A stretch of DNA of 64,000 nt, taken from Phycisphaerae bacterium. GTDB taxonomy: Bacteria; Planctomycetota; Phycisphaerae; SM23-33. Both the position numbers and the translations under genes were made by a program. Positions within the stretch are counted from its first letter, which is position 1. Every line of letters begins with the position of its first letter. The stretch spans positions 17,520-81,519 of the forward strand of contig JAWLCQ010000005.1 of NCBI GenBank assembly GCA_041687095.1, read 5' to 3'. Below the pieces are notes generated by a model. It had not been told where the DNA came from. It saw only the letters and a program-made list of their open reading frames with translations, and did not search any database. Positions 1-8,600 of this stretch are shown piece by piece.

Positions 1-1
1 C

Positions 2-1222
2 ATCATCGTCGGTCACACGCGGTGGAAGGCCGCGAAGAAGCTCGGTCTGGCGAAGGTGCCCGTCCACGTCGCCACCGACCTCACGCCCGAGCAGGCGCGG
101 GCCTATCGCCTGGCCGACAACAAGACGGGTGAGCTGGCGGAGTGGGACCTGGAGATCCTGCCCATCGAACTCGTCGAACTCCGGGCGGGCGGGTTCGACA
201 TGAACCTGCTGGCGTTCGACGACGAGGAACTCGCCGGCCTGCTCAGCCGCGGCATGGGCGTCACCGAGGGGCTCACCGACCCCGACGCCATCCCCGAACC
301 CCCGGATGAGCCCATCGCCCGCCGCGGGGACATCTGGGTGCTGGGCGACCACCGCCTGATGTGCGGGGACAGCAGCAGCCCCGAGGACCTCGACCGCCTG
401 CTGGACGGCGCGGTGATCGGCCTGTTTTCAAGCGATCCGCCCTACAATGTCAAGGTGGAGCCCCGCTCCAACAACGCCATCGCCGCCGGCCTGTCGAGCT
501 TCACCGCCACCCACCACCAGGGCTTCGACTTGGGGCGCCACCCCGAGAAGGCCAAGGCCACCCACCGCAAGATGCGGGCGAAGGACCGCCCGCTGGAGAA
601 CGACTTCGTCACCCCCGAGGCGTTCGACAAGATGCTGCTGGCGTGGTTCTCCAACGCCTCGCGTGTGATGCGCCCTGGATCCGCATTCCTGGTGTGGGGC
701 GGGTACGCTAACTTGGCGAATTACCCTGCGCCACTCAAGGCCGCCGGCCTGTACTTCAGCCAAAGCATCGTCTGGGATAAGCAGCATCCCGTCTTGACAC
801 GCAAGGATATGATGGGGTGCTTTGAGCTGGCATTCTACGGATGGAAGGAGGGCGCGGGGCACCACTTCTACGGGCCCAACAACGCCACGGACCTCTGGCA
901 CGTCAAGAAGGTCAACCCCCAGTCGATGGTTCACCTGACGGAGAAGCCCGTCGAGTTGGCCGTCCGCGCGATCCAGTACTCCTCGAAGCCGGGGGAGAAC
1001 GTGCTGGACCTCTTCGGCGGCTCGGGCTCGACGCTCATCGGCTGCGAGCAGACGGGGCGGCGAGCGTTCCTGATGGAGATCGACGAGGCGTACTGCGACG
1101 TGATCGTCAACCGCTGGCAGGAGTTCACGGGACGCACCGCGCAGCGGATCGCGGCCGACGGCGCATCCGAGCCCGCGGTCGAGGCGACGCCTGAGGCGCC
1201 GGGCGAGGAGGTGACGGCGTGA
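2..1222 (+). CDS. ParB-like N-domain + N6A/N4C DNA methyltransferase (5' truncated by window)
   Basis: Frame open from base 2 (IIVGHTRWKAAKKLGL, YRLADNK); SDPPY catalytic motif; H-x-TEKP; DLFGGSGST SAM-binding motif (beta-class order). Confidence 0.93.
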   Translation: MIVGHTRWKAAKKLGLAKVPVHVATDLTPEQARAYRLADNKTGELAEWDLEILPIELVELRAGGFDMNLLAFDDEELAGLLSRGMGVTEGLTDPDAIPEPPDEPIARRGDIWVLGDHRLMCGDSSSPEDLDRLLDGAVIGLFSSDPPYNVKVEPRSNNAIAAGLSSFTATHHQGFDLGRHPEKAKATHRKMRAKDRPLENDFVTPEAFDKMLLAWFSNASRVMRPGSAFLVWGGYANLANYPAPLKAAGLYFSQSIVWDKQHPVLTRKDMMGCFELAFYGWKEGAGHHFYGPNNATDLWHVKKVNPQSMVHLTEKPVELAVRAIQYSSKPGENVLDLFGGSGSTLIGCEQTGRRAFLMEIDEAYCDVIVNRWQEFTGRTAQRIAADGASEPAVEATPEAPGEEVTA

Positions 1223-1425
1223 TCTTCCACCCCAGGCCGGGACAGCGCGTGCGGATGCACTATGCCAGGCGGGCGGCGTGCCTGGTGCCCTACCACGGCA
1301 GGATCGGCACCGTGCGGGTCGTCGCCAAGGGGCCGGGCCCGCGCAACGTCGGCGTCGAGATCGATGGCCGGCTGGTGGTGGCGTCCCGCGGGAACCTTGT
1401 CGCCGTGGGGGAGGTGCGGGCATGA
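1219..1425 (+). CDS. Small hypothetical protein, SH3/KOW-like
   Basis: GTGA overlap with methylase stop, GAGGAGG RBS; PGQRV...HGRIGTV pattern. Confidence 0.6.
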   Translation: MIFHPRPGQRVRMHYARRAACLVPYHGRIGTVRVVAKGPGPRNVGVEIDGRLVVASRGNLVAVGEVRA

Positions 1426-1427
1426 GC

Positions 1428-2132
1428 CTACCGGCACCCCACCGGCCTGCCGTCGGCCGTGAGGCGGAGGGCATCGCCATCGAGGCCCAGCGTGCCGTCC
1501 GCGTACGTCAGGACGCGGGTGGTCCCGTTGGCCACCGCCCCCGCGCGGCCGGGGAGGCCCTCGGGCAGGCTCGCGAAGTAAAAGCCCCTGCGGGCATGGC
1601 CGAAGTGCAGCGGCCTGCCGCGGCGGCACACCAGCAGGCGGGCGGGGCTGCGCCACACCCCGAGCATCGCCAGGTCGCCCAGGGTCTGGTTCGCCGCCCA
1701 GGCCGAGCGGCGGACGATGCTCCCTCCACAGCGCGCCATCAGCAGCCCGAGGACCTCGCTGTCGCACTCGCTCTGGAGTTGAAGGCCGCCTCGGCGGACG
1801 AGGTTCTGGTAGTTGTGGATCACCCCGTTGTGGACGAGCAGCCCCGCCCCCGCGGCGTGGGGGTGGTTGTTGCGGTTGTCGGCGGGCGTGCCGTGCGTGG
1901 CGTAGCGGCAGTGGCCGACCATCACCACGGCATCGCGGCAGCGATCCAGTTCGTCCAGGTGCTCGCTCGCCGGGCCCGGCTGCTTGAACGTCCCGAGGGT
2001 CCCGTCCGCGGTCAGCCACGCCAGGCCGAAGGCGTGGGCCCCGCGGCTCTGCGTGACCAAGGCGACCCGCCGCAGGCGTTCGATGCTCGGGCCTTCGCCC
2101 TCGGTGGTGATGAATCCAAAGATTCCGCACAT
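1428..2132 (-). CDS. Class II (Ntn) glutamine amidotransferase domain protein
   Basis: MCGIFG N-terminal Cys, GHCRYATHG, NNHPH, HNG, CDSE motifs. Confidence 0.93.
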   Translation of the reverse strand: MCGIFGFITTEGEGPSIERLRRVALVTQSRGAHAFGLAWLTADGTLGTFKQPGPASEHLDELDRCRDAVVMVGHCRYATHGTPADNRNNHPHAAGAGLLVHNGVIHNYQNLVRRGGLQLQSECDSEVLGLLMARCGGSIVRRSAWAANQTLGDLAMLGVWRSPARLLVCRRGRPLHFGHARRGFYFASLPEGLPGRAGAVANGTTRVLTYADGTLGLDGDALRLTADGRPVGCR

Positions 2133-2153
2133 GGTGATTCCTCCTTCGCGGAA

Positions 2154-2179
2154 GCCCCCGGCGCGCTGGCGCCGGGGGC
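2154..2179. terminator. GC-rich hairpin between amidoligase and GATase genes
   Basis: gcccccggcgc-gctg-gcgccgggggc inverted repeat; no clear U-tract. Confidence 0.4.
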
Positions 2180-2192
2180 GGGGGTTTGGGGT

Positions 2193-3041
2193 CTACTCCT
2201 GGGCGTCGTACTTCGCCGCCAGGCGGCGGAACTCGCGCTTGACCTCGTTCTGGGGGATCGCGTCGCTGATCCACCCGTACTGCTTGCCGCCGTGGATGCG
2301 GGCGTAGCCCGCTCCCCAGGCGAGGTAGCCCATCAGGCGTTCGGCTTCGCTGGCCCCTTCGCCTGCCTTCTTCCACCCGCCCTTGGGCGGGGCGGGCGAC
2401 CACTTGGGGGATCGCTTGCTGTTGATGGCCCGCTCGACCAGGCCCAGGCACGCCTGGATCCAGCCGACGATCTTGGTGGCGTTGAGCGACCCGCTGAACG
2501 CCCGGAACTCGACGGTCTCCCGCGTCCCGCTGGCGAGGCTGGTGAGGTTCAGTGCGTGGTAGCGATCACGGTCCAGCCGCGGCTTGGCGTCCTTGTCGTT
2601 GCCATACTTCCGCACCCCGCCGCAGTAGATGCCCCGCTCGCGGCTCTTGGTGCCGGTGATCGCGTAGAGGCCGCGTTCGCAGTAGGAGACGATGGTGACC
2701 AGGCGGGCGAGGGCGCTGGCGGGCAGGTCGCGGCCCCACCCGACATGGCAGTGGCAACCAGTGCTCGTATTTACTCGGAAGCCTTTCTCGCGGAGGATCC
2801 GAACCACCTCGGCGACCTCCGCCAGCCCCTCGGCCCCGCGGAGGATGGGGCTGACGATCTCGCAGGCGTACTCGCCCGCCCGCGTGCGGATCGACCCGTC
2901 CCGCTCCGCCTTCCAACCCGTCGGAAGGAATGGCACCTGGATTCCGCGGTGGTAACCCCCGATCTGAAGCCCCTCGCGGAGGGCGCTTTCCGGCGCAGTC
3001 GATTCCAGTTCGATCCCATACGTAAGGTCTTTCGCGTCCAT
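2193..3041 (-). CDS. Putative amidoligase (COOH-NH2 ligase, Amidoligase_2-like)
   Basis: YGIELE, DGSI, CEIVSP, GCHCHVG, RYHALN, TVEFRAF motifs. Confidence 0.88.
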   Translation of the reverse strand: MDAKDLTYGIELESTAPESALREGLQIGGYHRGIQVPFLPTGWKAERDGSIRTRAGEYACEIVSPILRGAEGLAEVAEVVRILREKGFRVNTSTGCHCHVGWGRDLPASALARLVTIVSYCERGLYAITGTKSRERGIYCGGVRKYGNDKDAKPRLDRDRYHALNLTSLASGTRETVEFRAFSGSLNATKIVGWIQACLGLVERAINSKRSPKWSPAPPKGGWKKAGEGASEAERLMGYLAWGAGYARIHGGKQYGWISDAIPQNEVKREFRRLAAKYDAQE

Positions 3042-3063
3042 CGTTGGCTCCTTCTTTGTTGGT

Positions 3064-3097
3064 CACATTGAGCCACATCCATGCGAAAAGACCAAGG
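3064..3097 (-). promoter_or_regulatory. Promoter-like element copy 1 (CCTTG..TTCGC..TGGCTCAATGTG)
   Basis: Shared with 5571-5604 at identical spacing; lies just upstream of the amidoligase RBS. Confidence 0.65.
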
Positions 3098-3221
3098 GCT
3101 AAACATGCATAAATGCAGCAATTACAAGGTGTTAGGATGGGTAGCCTGCGCGGGGGCCGACGGAGGCACTCCGCACGGGAACGCAGCGCGGGGCGGGGGC
3201 GATCGGCGGGGGCCAAGAGAG

Positions 3222-3249
3222 AACCCCGGTCCTGGCAGGGACCGGGGTT
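3222..3249 (-). terminator. Intrinsic terminator after HARE-HTH gene
   Basis: aaccccggtcc..ggaccggggtt stem followed by a pyrimidine tract (ctctctt) on the minus strand. Confidence 0.6.
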
Positions 3250-3275
3250 GGAGGGGGCGGGGATGGGGCGTGGGG

Positions 3276-3881
3276 TCAGTGCGGCAGGACGACCTCGAAG
3301 CGGCCGCGGTGGACCTTGCGGAAGCGACTGGCGTCGCCCTTGACGTTGATCTCGCGCAGGATGGCGGAGTAGAGGGTGTTCGCGGGCGTCTTGCCGCCGG
3401 TTTGCCAGAGGCCCTGGGCGAGCATCCGCTCCATCATCTGCTTGGTGCCCAGGGGCTCGCCCGCCTCGACGAGGACCTGGACCGCGGCGTCGAGCCCGCT
3501 GGCCCGCTTCCTCCGCTCGGCCCCGGCGGCTTCGACGGCCTCGGTGACCGCGTCGGGTTCGCCGCCCGTCGCGGCACGTTCGCCCGTGTCGGCCTCCGCG
3601 GGTGTCTGGGGGGCGTCGTCCGCTTCGGCCGGGGCGGCCGTCTCGGCGGCAAGCTCCGCCTCGTGCTGGGCCATCGTCACGATCCGCCTGCGGCTCGCGG
3701 GCCGCGGGGTGGCGACCTCCCGCAGGCGCTGGGGACTCTTGATGCGGACGGTCTTGCCGGTGGCGAGGTTCAGTCCGTCCCAGCCCCCGCGGGGGTTCTC
3801 GGTGGTGATCTTCACGTCCACGAGCGTCCCGGACACCTTCACGCGGTAGGTCTCGTTCACTTTGACTTCGCTCTTCTTCAC
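3276..3881 (-). CDS. Protein with C-terminal HARE-HTH (HB1/ASXL-type winged helix)
   Basis: SGLDAAVQVL..GEPL..QMM..GGKTPANTLYSAILREI..RF..RGRF. Confidence 0.82.
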   Translation of the reverse strand: MKKSEVKVNETYRVKVSGTLVDVKITTENPRGGWDGLNLATGKTVRIKSPQRLREVATPRPASRRRIVTMAQHEAELAAETAAPAEADDAPQTPAEADTGERAATGGEPDAVTEAVEAAGAERRKRASGLDAAVQVLVEAGEPLGTKQMMERMLAQGLWQTGGKTPANTLYSAILREINVKGDASRFRKVHRGRFEVVLPH

Positions 3882-3905
3882 GGTCGTTCTCCTTCGGTTG
3901 TGGGG

Positions 3906-4121
3906 TTAGCGGCCTTGCACGATGGTCACGTAGAACTGCGATCCGTCCTTCAGGTGCAGCACGAGTCCGGCGTCGCGGGTCAGCACCTGCGCTTCGGCGA
4001 AGGTGCGGATGCGGTCGAGGGCCTCGGCGTTCTCCGTCGCGTCGGCGTCCTCGTCGTCCAGCGCCGCGACGGCGGCGTTGAGGGTGTCGGCGATCAGCGT
4101 CTCGATGTCGTGGTCGTCCAC
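3906..4121 (-). CDS. Small acidic hypothetical protein
   Basis: AAGGAG RBS, operon position; TFAEAQVLTRDAGLVL. Confidence 0.7.
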   Translation of the reverse strand: MDDHDIETLIADTLNAAVAALDDEDADATENAEALDRIRTFAEAQVLTRDAGLVLHLKDGSQFYVTIVQGR

Positions 4122-4157
4122 GGTTGGTCTCCTTGCCCACGGGGGGCGGTTGGTGAG

Positions 4158-4511
4158 TTACGGTGCGTAGGCGTGGCCGCAGACGCAGCAGACCATCACG
4201 ATCTCGTCCTCCCAGGCGAACTCGTCTTCGCGGCGGTTGCCGCAGACCGGGCAGGCCTGCTCCCGGGGCACGATGCCCTCGCCGCCCAGTGCGGCATCCA
4301 GGGCATCGACGGCCGCGGCGTCGGCGCGGCGGGCGGCGTCGCGGGCAAGCCCCGCCGCCTTCGCCTCCGCGTCGGTCACCGGGTCGATTGCGTCCGCCGC
4401 CTCCAGGGCCCCCAGCGTGTCGGCGATCGTTCGAAGCGCCGCTTCCAGCGAGGCGCGGGCTTCGGTGAGGATCTCGCGGGCGAGGCGCTGGTTCGTTGCG
4501 TGGTCGTTCAT
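4158..4511 (-). CDS. Hypothetical protein with C-terminal Zn ribbon
   Basis: CPVC...CCVC, GGGAG RBS. Confidence 0.7.
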   Translation of the reverse strand: MNDHATNQRLAREILTEARASLEAALRTIADTLGALEAADAIDPVTDAEAKAAGLARDAARRADAAAVDALDAALGGEGIVPREQACPVCGNRREDEFAWEDEIVMVCCVCGHAYAP

Positions 4512-4523
4512 GGTGCTCTCCCT

Positions 4524-4796
4524 TCAGTCCGCGAAGCGCTGCAGCTCGCGGAGGTACTCGTTGATCTCGGAGTTCGTCCCGCGCCCGCCGTCGAGGTGCT
4601 CCTGGAGGCGCTGGGCCATCGCCCAGAGTTCGCCCTCGCTATCGGCCGCCGCGGTGTGCGTCTGCTCGCCCCCGGGCAGGACGATGGTCACCTCGATGGT
4701 CTCGCTTCCGAGCCGACGCCCGATGCGGGCGAAGGCCCTCGGCATGCCGCCGTCTCGGGTGGGTTCGCCGGCCAGTTCGAGGCTCGTGACGCGCAT
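4524..4796 (-). CDS. Hypothetical protein
   Basis: AGGAG RBS, tightly packed operon. Confidence 0.7.
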   Translation of the reverse strand: MRVTSLELAGEPTRDGGMPRAFARIGRRLGSETIEVTIVLPGGEQTHTAAADSEGELWAMAQRLQEHLDGGRGTNSEINEYLRELQRFAD

Positions 4797-4820
4797 GGTG
4801 CTCTCCTGCTCCTGGGGGGG

Positions 4821-5294
4821 TTACCGGGCGGGGATGTGCTCGATCTCGTAGATCATCTCGCCGCAGAGGTTCCGCAGCTCGCAGAACGCCTCGCCCCTCG
4901 CGTCCTCGCAGGCGTTGGCAACCGGCGAGGTCGAGCGGGCCCGCCCGACGAACCGCTCGCACAGTTGCCCCGTCAGGTACTCCCGCCGGGAGCGAACCAT
5001 CGTCAGCAGGTTCTCGCTGCTGGGGCTCTCCCGCTCGACCCACTGGGCGAGGGCGTGCATCTCGGCGTGGATGTGCTGGGCCTTGACGACTCCCTCGGTG
5101 TGCCATTCGAGGGTGACGGCGGGGTTGGTGGCGAACTTCTCCTGGAACTCCGTGACCGCCTTGCGGTAGGCGCCCTCGCGGCGGCGGGCGAGTTCGCGGA
5201 TGTACGAGCGGGCGATCTCGTCGTGGGCGGGGTTCGCAGCGGGCGTCGGGTCTGTCGTGGGCGTCGTGTTGGTTGCGTTCGTGGCGTCGTTCAT
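4821..5294 (-). CDS. Hypothetical helical protein
   Basis: AAGGAG RBS, GC3-rich frame. Confidence 0.7.
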   Translation of the reverse strand: MNDATNATNTTPTTDPTPAANPAHDEIARSYIRELARRREGAYRKAVTEFQEKFATNPAVTLEWHTEGVVKAQHIHAEMHALAQWVERESPSSENLLTMVRSRREYLTGQLCERFVGRARSTSPVANACEDARGEAFCELRNLCGEMIYEIEHIPAR

Positions 5295-5318
5295 GTCGTT
5301 CTCCTTGCGGTATGGGGG

Positions 5319-5537
5319 TCAGTCCTCGATCTCGGTGACGTTCATGTACCGGTCGCTGGCGAGGTCGATCAGCAGCCCCTTGTCGGGGCTGATGGCGATG
5401 GTCTGCATCGCCGTCTTGAGGGCGTAGCTCTGGCGGCCTTCGAGGTTCAGGTACGCCCGGACGATCCGGCAGTTCTGCCCGAGGTAGGTGTTCTTCTTCG
5501 GGTCCGCGTAGGCGTTGCTCTTCGTGGTGTTCTTCAT
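5319..5537 (-). CDS. Small hypothetical protein
   Basis: AAGGA RBS before ATG at 5537; first gene after promoter copy 2. Confidence 0.65.
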   Translation of the reverse strand: MKNTTKSNAYADPKKNTYLGQNCRIVRAYLNLEGRQSYALKTAMQTIAISPDKGLLIDLASDRYMNVTEIED

Positions 5538-5570
5538 GGTTCTGTTCCTTTGGGTTCGCATGTTGATATG

Positions 5571-5604
5571 CACATTGAGCCATGGCTTCGCGAACACAGC
5601 AAGG
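5571..5604 (-). promoter_or_regulatory. Promoter-like element copy 2
   Basis: CCTTG-ctgtg-TTCGC-gaagcca-TGGCTCAATGTG; same 34-bp architecture as 3064-3097. Confidence 0.65.
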
Positions 5605-5651
5605 CATTAACCCCTGTTTCTTAAACCATTTATAGATTGCCGCAGGTGACC

Positions 5652-5873
5652 ATGACGCAAAGAGATATCGCCCCAGAGTCCCTCCGCATCACGGCGGTGT
5701 CCGTCCCGGACGCCGCCCGAATCCTCGCCTCCGCCTACGGAAGGCGCGTGACGGAGGAGCAGGTCCGCCGGATCGTCGAAGAGGGCGACCTCCTCCGCGC
5801 GGACGGGACGTTCAGCCTCATCGAGTACGTGGCCTACCTGGCCCAGGAGGTGACCAGTGGCCACTCGGATTGA
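5652..5873 (+). CDS. Small HTH protein, possible terminase small-subunit DNA-binding domain
   Basis: Directly upstream of and overlapping terL; resembles the terL N-terminal segment. Confidence 0.6.
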   Translation: MTQRDIAPESLRITAVSVPDAARILASAYGRRVTEEQVRRIVEEGDLLRADGTFSLIEYVAYLAQEVTSGHSD

Positions 5874-8121
5874 CCCCCGCAAGCTCCGCCCCGCCGACCT
5901 GCTCCGCCTGGTCAACGCGGTGGGCCGCGGCAGCGTCCTGTCGGAGTTCCAGCTTCGCCGCCATCGCAACGCCGCCGGCTACACCATCGGCGATACCCGC
6001 ACGGTGGACCTGTTCCGCTACGCCGCATGGCTGACGCTGGAGCACGACCGCCCGCGCTCCGAGCCCCTCACCTACGAGCAGGCGAAGGCCCGCCAGGCGG
6101 AACGCAACGCCGACGCCGTCCGCGCCGCCCAGGACATCGGCGAGCTCCCCCCCGTCGCCGACCCCGACCGCAAGGCCGAGGGGGAGGCATCCTTCCGCAC
6201 CTTCTGTCAAACGTACTTCTCCGAGATCTTCTACTTCGACTGGTCCCCCGACCACCTGCGGGTCATCGACAAGATCGAGAAGGCGGTGCGGACCGGGGGC
6301 CTGTTCGCCATGGCCATGCCGCGTGGATCAGGCAAGACGGTCCTGTGCCAGACGGCCGTGGTGTGGTCGGCGCTGATCGGGGCGTCGCCCTTCGTCTGCC
6401 TCATCGCCGCCAGCGCCGAACGGGCCCGGGACCTGCTGGAGAACATCAAGGTCTGGCTGGAGACCAACCCGCTCCTCCATGCCGACTTCCCCGAGGTGAC
6501 CCACCCCATCCGCTGTCTGGAGCGGATCACCAACCGCCAGAAGGGACAGAAGTACCGGGGCGAGCCCACGCGGATCGACTGGGCGTCCGACCGCATCGTC
6601 CTGCCCACCATCGAAGGGTCCAAGGCAAGCGGGATCGTCATCTCCTCCAGCGGCATGAAGGGCTCGGACATCCGCGGACAGAACTACGCGCGGGCCGACG
6701 GGCAGGTCGTGCGCCCGGGGCTGGTGCTGGTGGACGATCCGCAGACGACGGAGTCGGCGTGGTCGCCGTCGCAGTCCCAGCGGCGCGAGGCGATTCTGGC
6801 GGGCGACGTGCTGGGCATGGCGGGACCGGGGCGGAAGATCGCGGGGCTCATGGCGTGCACGGTGATCCGCCCGGGCGACATGGCCGACAACATCCTCGAC
6901 CGCGAGAAGCACCCCGAGTGGCAAGGCGAGCGGACGAAGATGGTCTACGCCTTCCCCGCCAATGAAAAGCTCTGGGCCCAGTACGCCGAGATGCGGGCGG
7001 ACTCGCTCCGCAACGACGGCGACGGGCGGGAGGCGACGGAGTTCTACCGCGCCAACCGCGAGGCGATGGACGCCGGGGCGCACGTCGCGTGGCCCCAGCG
7101 GTTCAACTCCGATGAGCTGTCCGCCATCCAGCACGCGATGAACCTCCGCCTGCGGGACGAGTCGGCGTTCTTCGCCGAGTACCAGAACGAGCCCATCGTC
7201 GAGACGATCGGCGAGGAGATGCTCACCGCCGAGCAGATCGCGGCCAAGGTCAACGGCTACCGGGCGGGCGAGATCCCCCTGGGGGCGAGCCACCTGACGA
7301 TGTTCATCGACGTGCAGCATAAGGCGCTCTTCTGGGTGCTCTGCGCGTGGGAGGAAGGGTTCACGGGCTACATCGTGGACTACGGCACGTGGCCCGAGCA
7401 GCGGCAGGCGTACTTCACGCTGCGGGACCTCCGCGCGACGATCGCGCGGGCCGTCCCGGGGGCGGGGCTGGAGGGGCAGATCTACGGGGCCCTGGAGAAG
7501 CTGTGCACCGAGCGGCTCTCGCGGGCGTACCGGCGGGAGGACGGGGCCGAGATGCGGATCGACCGCTGCCTCATCGACGCCAACTGGGGACAGAGCACGG
7601 ACGTGGTGTACCAGTTCTGCCGCCAGAGCGCCTTCGCCGGGATCCTCCTGCCCAGCCACGGCAAGTACGTCGGGGCGTCGAGCGTTCCCTTCAGCGAGTA
7701 CAAGCGCAAGAGAGGCGACCGCGTGGGGCTGCACTGGCGGATCCCCAACACCGTGGGCAAGCGCCAGGTGCGGCACGTGCTGATCGATGCCAACTACTGG
7801 AAGACCTTCGTCCACGCGCGATTGGCCGTGGCGATGGGCGACCCCGGCTGCCTGTCGCTCGGGGGCCGCGACGAGAAGGCCCACCGCATGCTGGCCGAGC
7901 ACCTCACCAGCGAGTACCGCATCAAGTCCGCCGCCCAGGGCCGCACGGTCGACGAGTGGAAGCTCCGCGCCGCCCGGCCGGACAACCACTGGTTCGACTG
8001 CCTCGTCGGCTGCGCGGTGGCGGCGTCCGTTCAAGGCGCCACGCTCGCCGGCATCGGATTCGAGCGATCCGCCCCCCGCCAGCGGGTGCGCCTGTCGGAG
8101 ATTCAGAGAGGGAGACGATGA
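5857..8121 (+). CDS. terL: Terminase large subunit (GpA-like)
   Basis: Walker A MPRGSGKT, Walker B VLVDD, nuclease FIDVQ...IDANWG...DNHWFDC. Confidence 0.93.
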   Translation: MATRIDPRKLRPADLLRLVNAVGRGSVLSEFQLRRHRNAAGYTIGDTRTVDLFRYAAWLTLEHDRPRSEPLTYEQAKARQAERNADAVRAAQDIGELPPVADPDRKAEGEASFRTFCQTYFSEIFYFDWSPDHLRVIDKIEKAVRTGGLFAMAMPRGSGKTVLCQTAVVWSALIGASPFVCLIAASAERARDLLENIKVWLETNPLLHADFPEVTHPIRCLERITNRQKGQKYRGEPTRIDWASDRIVLPTIEGSKASGIVISSSGMKGSDIRGQNYARADGQVVRPGLVLVDDPQTTESAWSPSQSQRREAILAGDVLGMAGPGRKIAGLMACTVIRPGDMADNILDREKHPEWQGERTKMVYAFPANEKLWAQYAEMRADSLRNDGDGREATEFYRANREAMDAGAHVAWPQRFNSDELSAIQHAMNLRLRDESAFFAEYQNEPIVETIGEEMLTAEQIAAKVNGYRAGEIPLGASHLTMFIDVQHKALFWVLCAWEEGFTGYIVDYGTWPEQRQAYFTLRDLRATIARAVPGAGLEGQIYGALEKLCTERLSRAYRREDGAEMRIDRCLIDANWGQSTDVVYQFCRQSAFAGILLPSHGKYVGASSVPFSEYKRKRGDRVGLHWRIPNTVGKRQVRHVLIDANYWKTFVHARLAVAMGDPGCLSLGGRDEKAHRMLAEHLTSEYRIKSAAQGRTVDEWKLRAARPDNHWFDCLVGCAVAASVQGATLAGIGFERSAPRQRVRLSEIQRGRR

Positions 8122-8279
8122 CATCGACCATGCGAAGTACCGGTCTGACCTGCCCCAAGTGCGGATGCCGCGACCTCCGCGCGTACTACACCCGCGCGAA
8201 GGCCGATCACATCCTCCGCAAGCGCATCTGCCGCCAGTGCGGCCACGAGATCATCACCCGCGAGCGCGTCGGAGGCTGA
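8118..8279 (+). CDS. Zn-ribbon protein (Ogr/NrdR-N-like), possible late activator
   Basis: CPKCG...RKRICRQCG..ITRE; ATGA overlap with terL. Confidence 0.75.
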   Translation: MTSTMRSTGLTCPKCGCRDLRAYYTRAKADHILRKRICRQCGHEIITRERVGG

Positions 8280-8281
8280 TA

Positions 8282-8297
8282 GTTCCAGTACTGGAAC
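8282..8297. promoter_or_regulatory. Perfect 16-bp palindrome GTTCCAGTACTGGAAC upstream of head operon
   Basis: Direct inspection of the intergenic gap between the Zn-ribbon and head-joining genes. Confidence 0.6.
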
Positions 8298-8396
8298 GAT
8301 CTGGATACCCCCCGGATTTGGACCAGTGAAAAAGGGCCCTCTGCGGCAAATAACCCTATAGAGGCGGCGAGGTGCCGACTCACAGGAGCCGCAGAC

Positions 8397-8600
8397 GTGA
8401 GCGACACCGACAAGCTCGACACCGCCATCCAGGACAACGCCGCCGGGCCCAAGAGCGCCAGCAGCGATGGGGTCTCCATCGAGCAGCACTCGATCGCCGA
8501 CCAGGTCGCGGCGGACAAGTACCTCGAATCGAAGAAGGCCTCCCGGGTTCGGGGACTGGGGATCAAGCTGGCGAAGATCAGTCCGGGAGGGACCGTTTGA
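8397..8600 (+). CDS. Head-tail joining protein (gpW-like)
   Basis: 67 aa between terL and portal, as in lambda A-W-B order; AGGAG RBS. Confidence 0.7.
   Translation: MSDTDKLDTAIQDNAAGPKSASSDGVSIEQHSIADQVAADKYLESKKASRVRGLGIKLAKISPGGTV

Noticed and set aside
3081-5624. 847-aa plus-strand ORF
   Set aside because: Shadow of six RBS-bearing minus-strand genes
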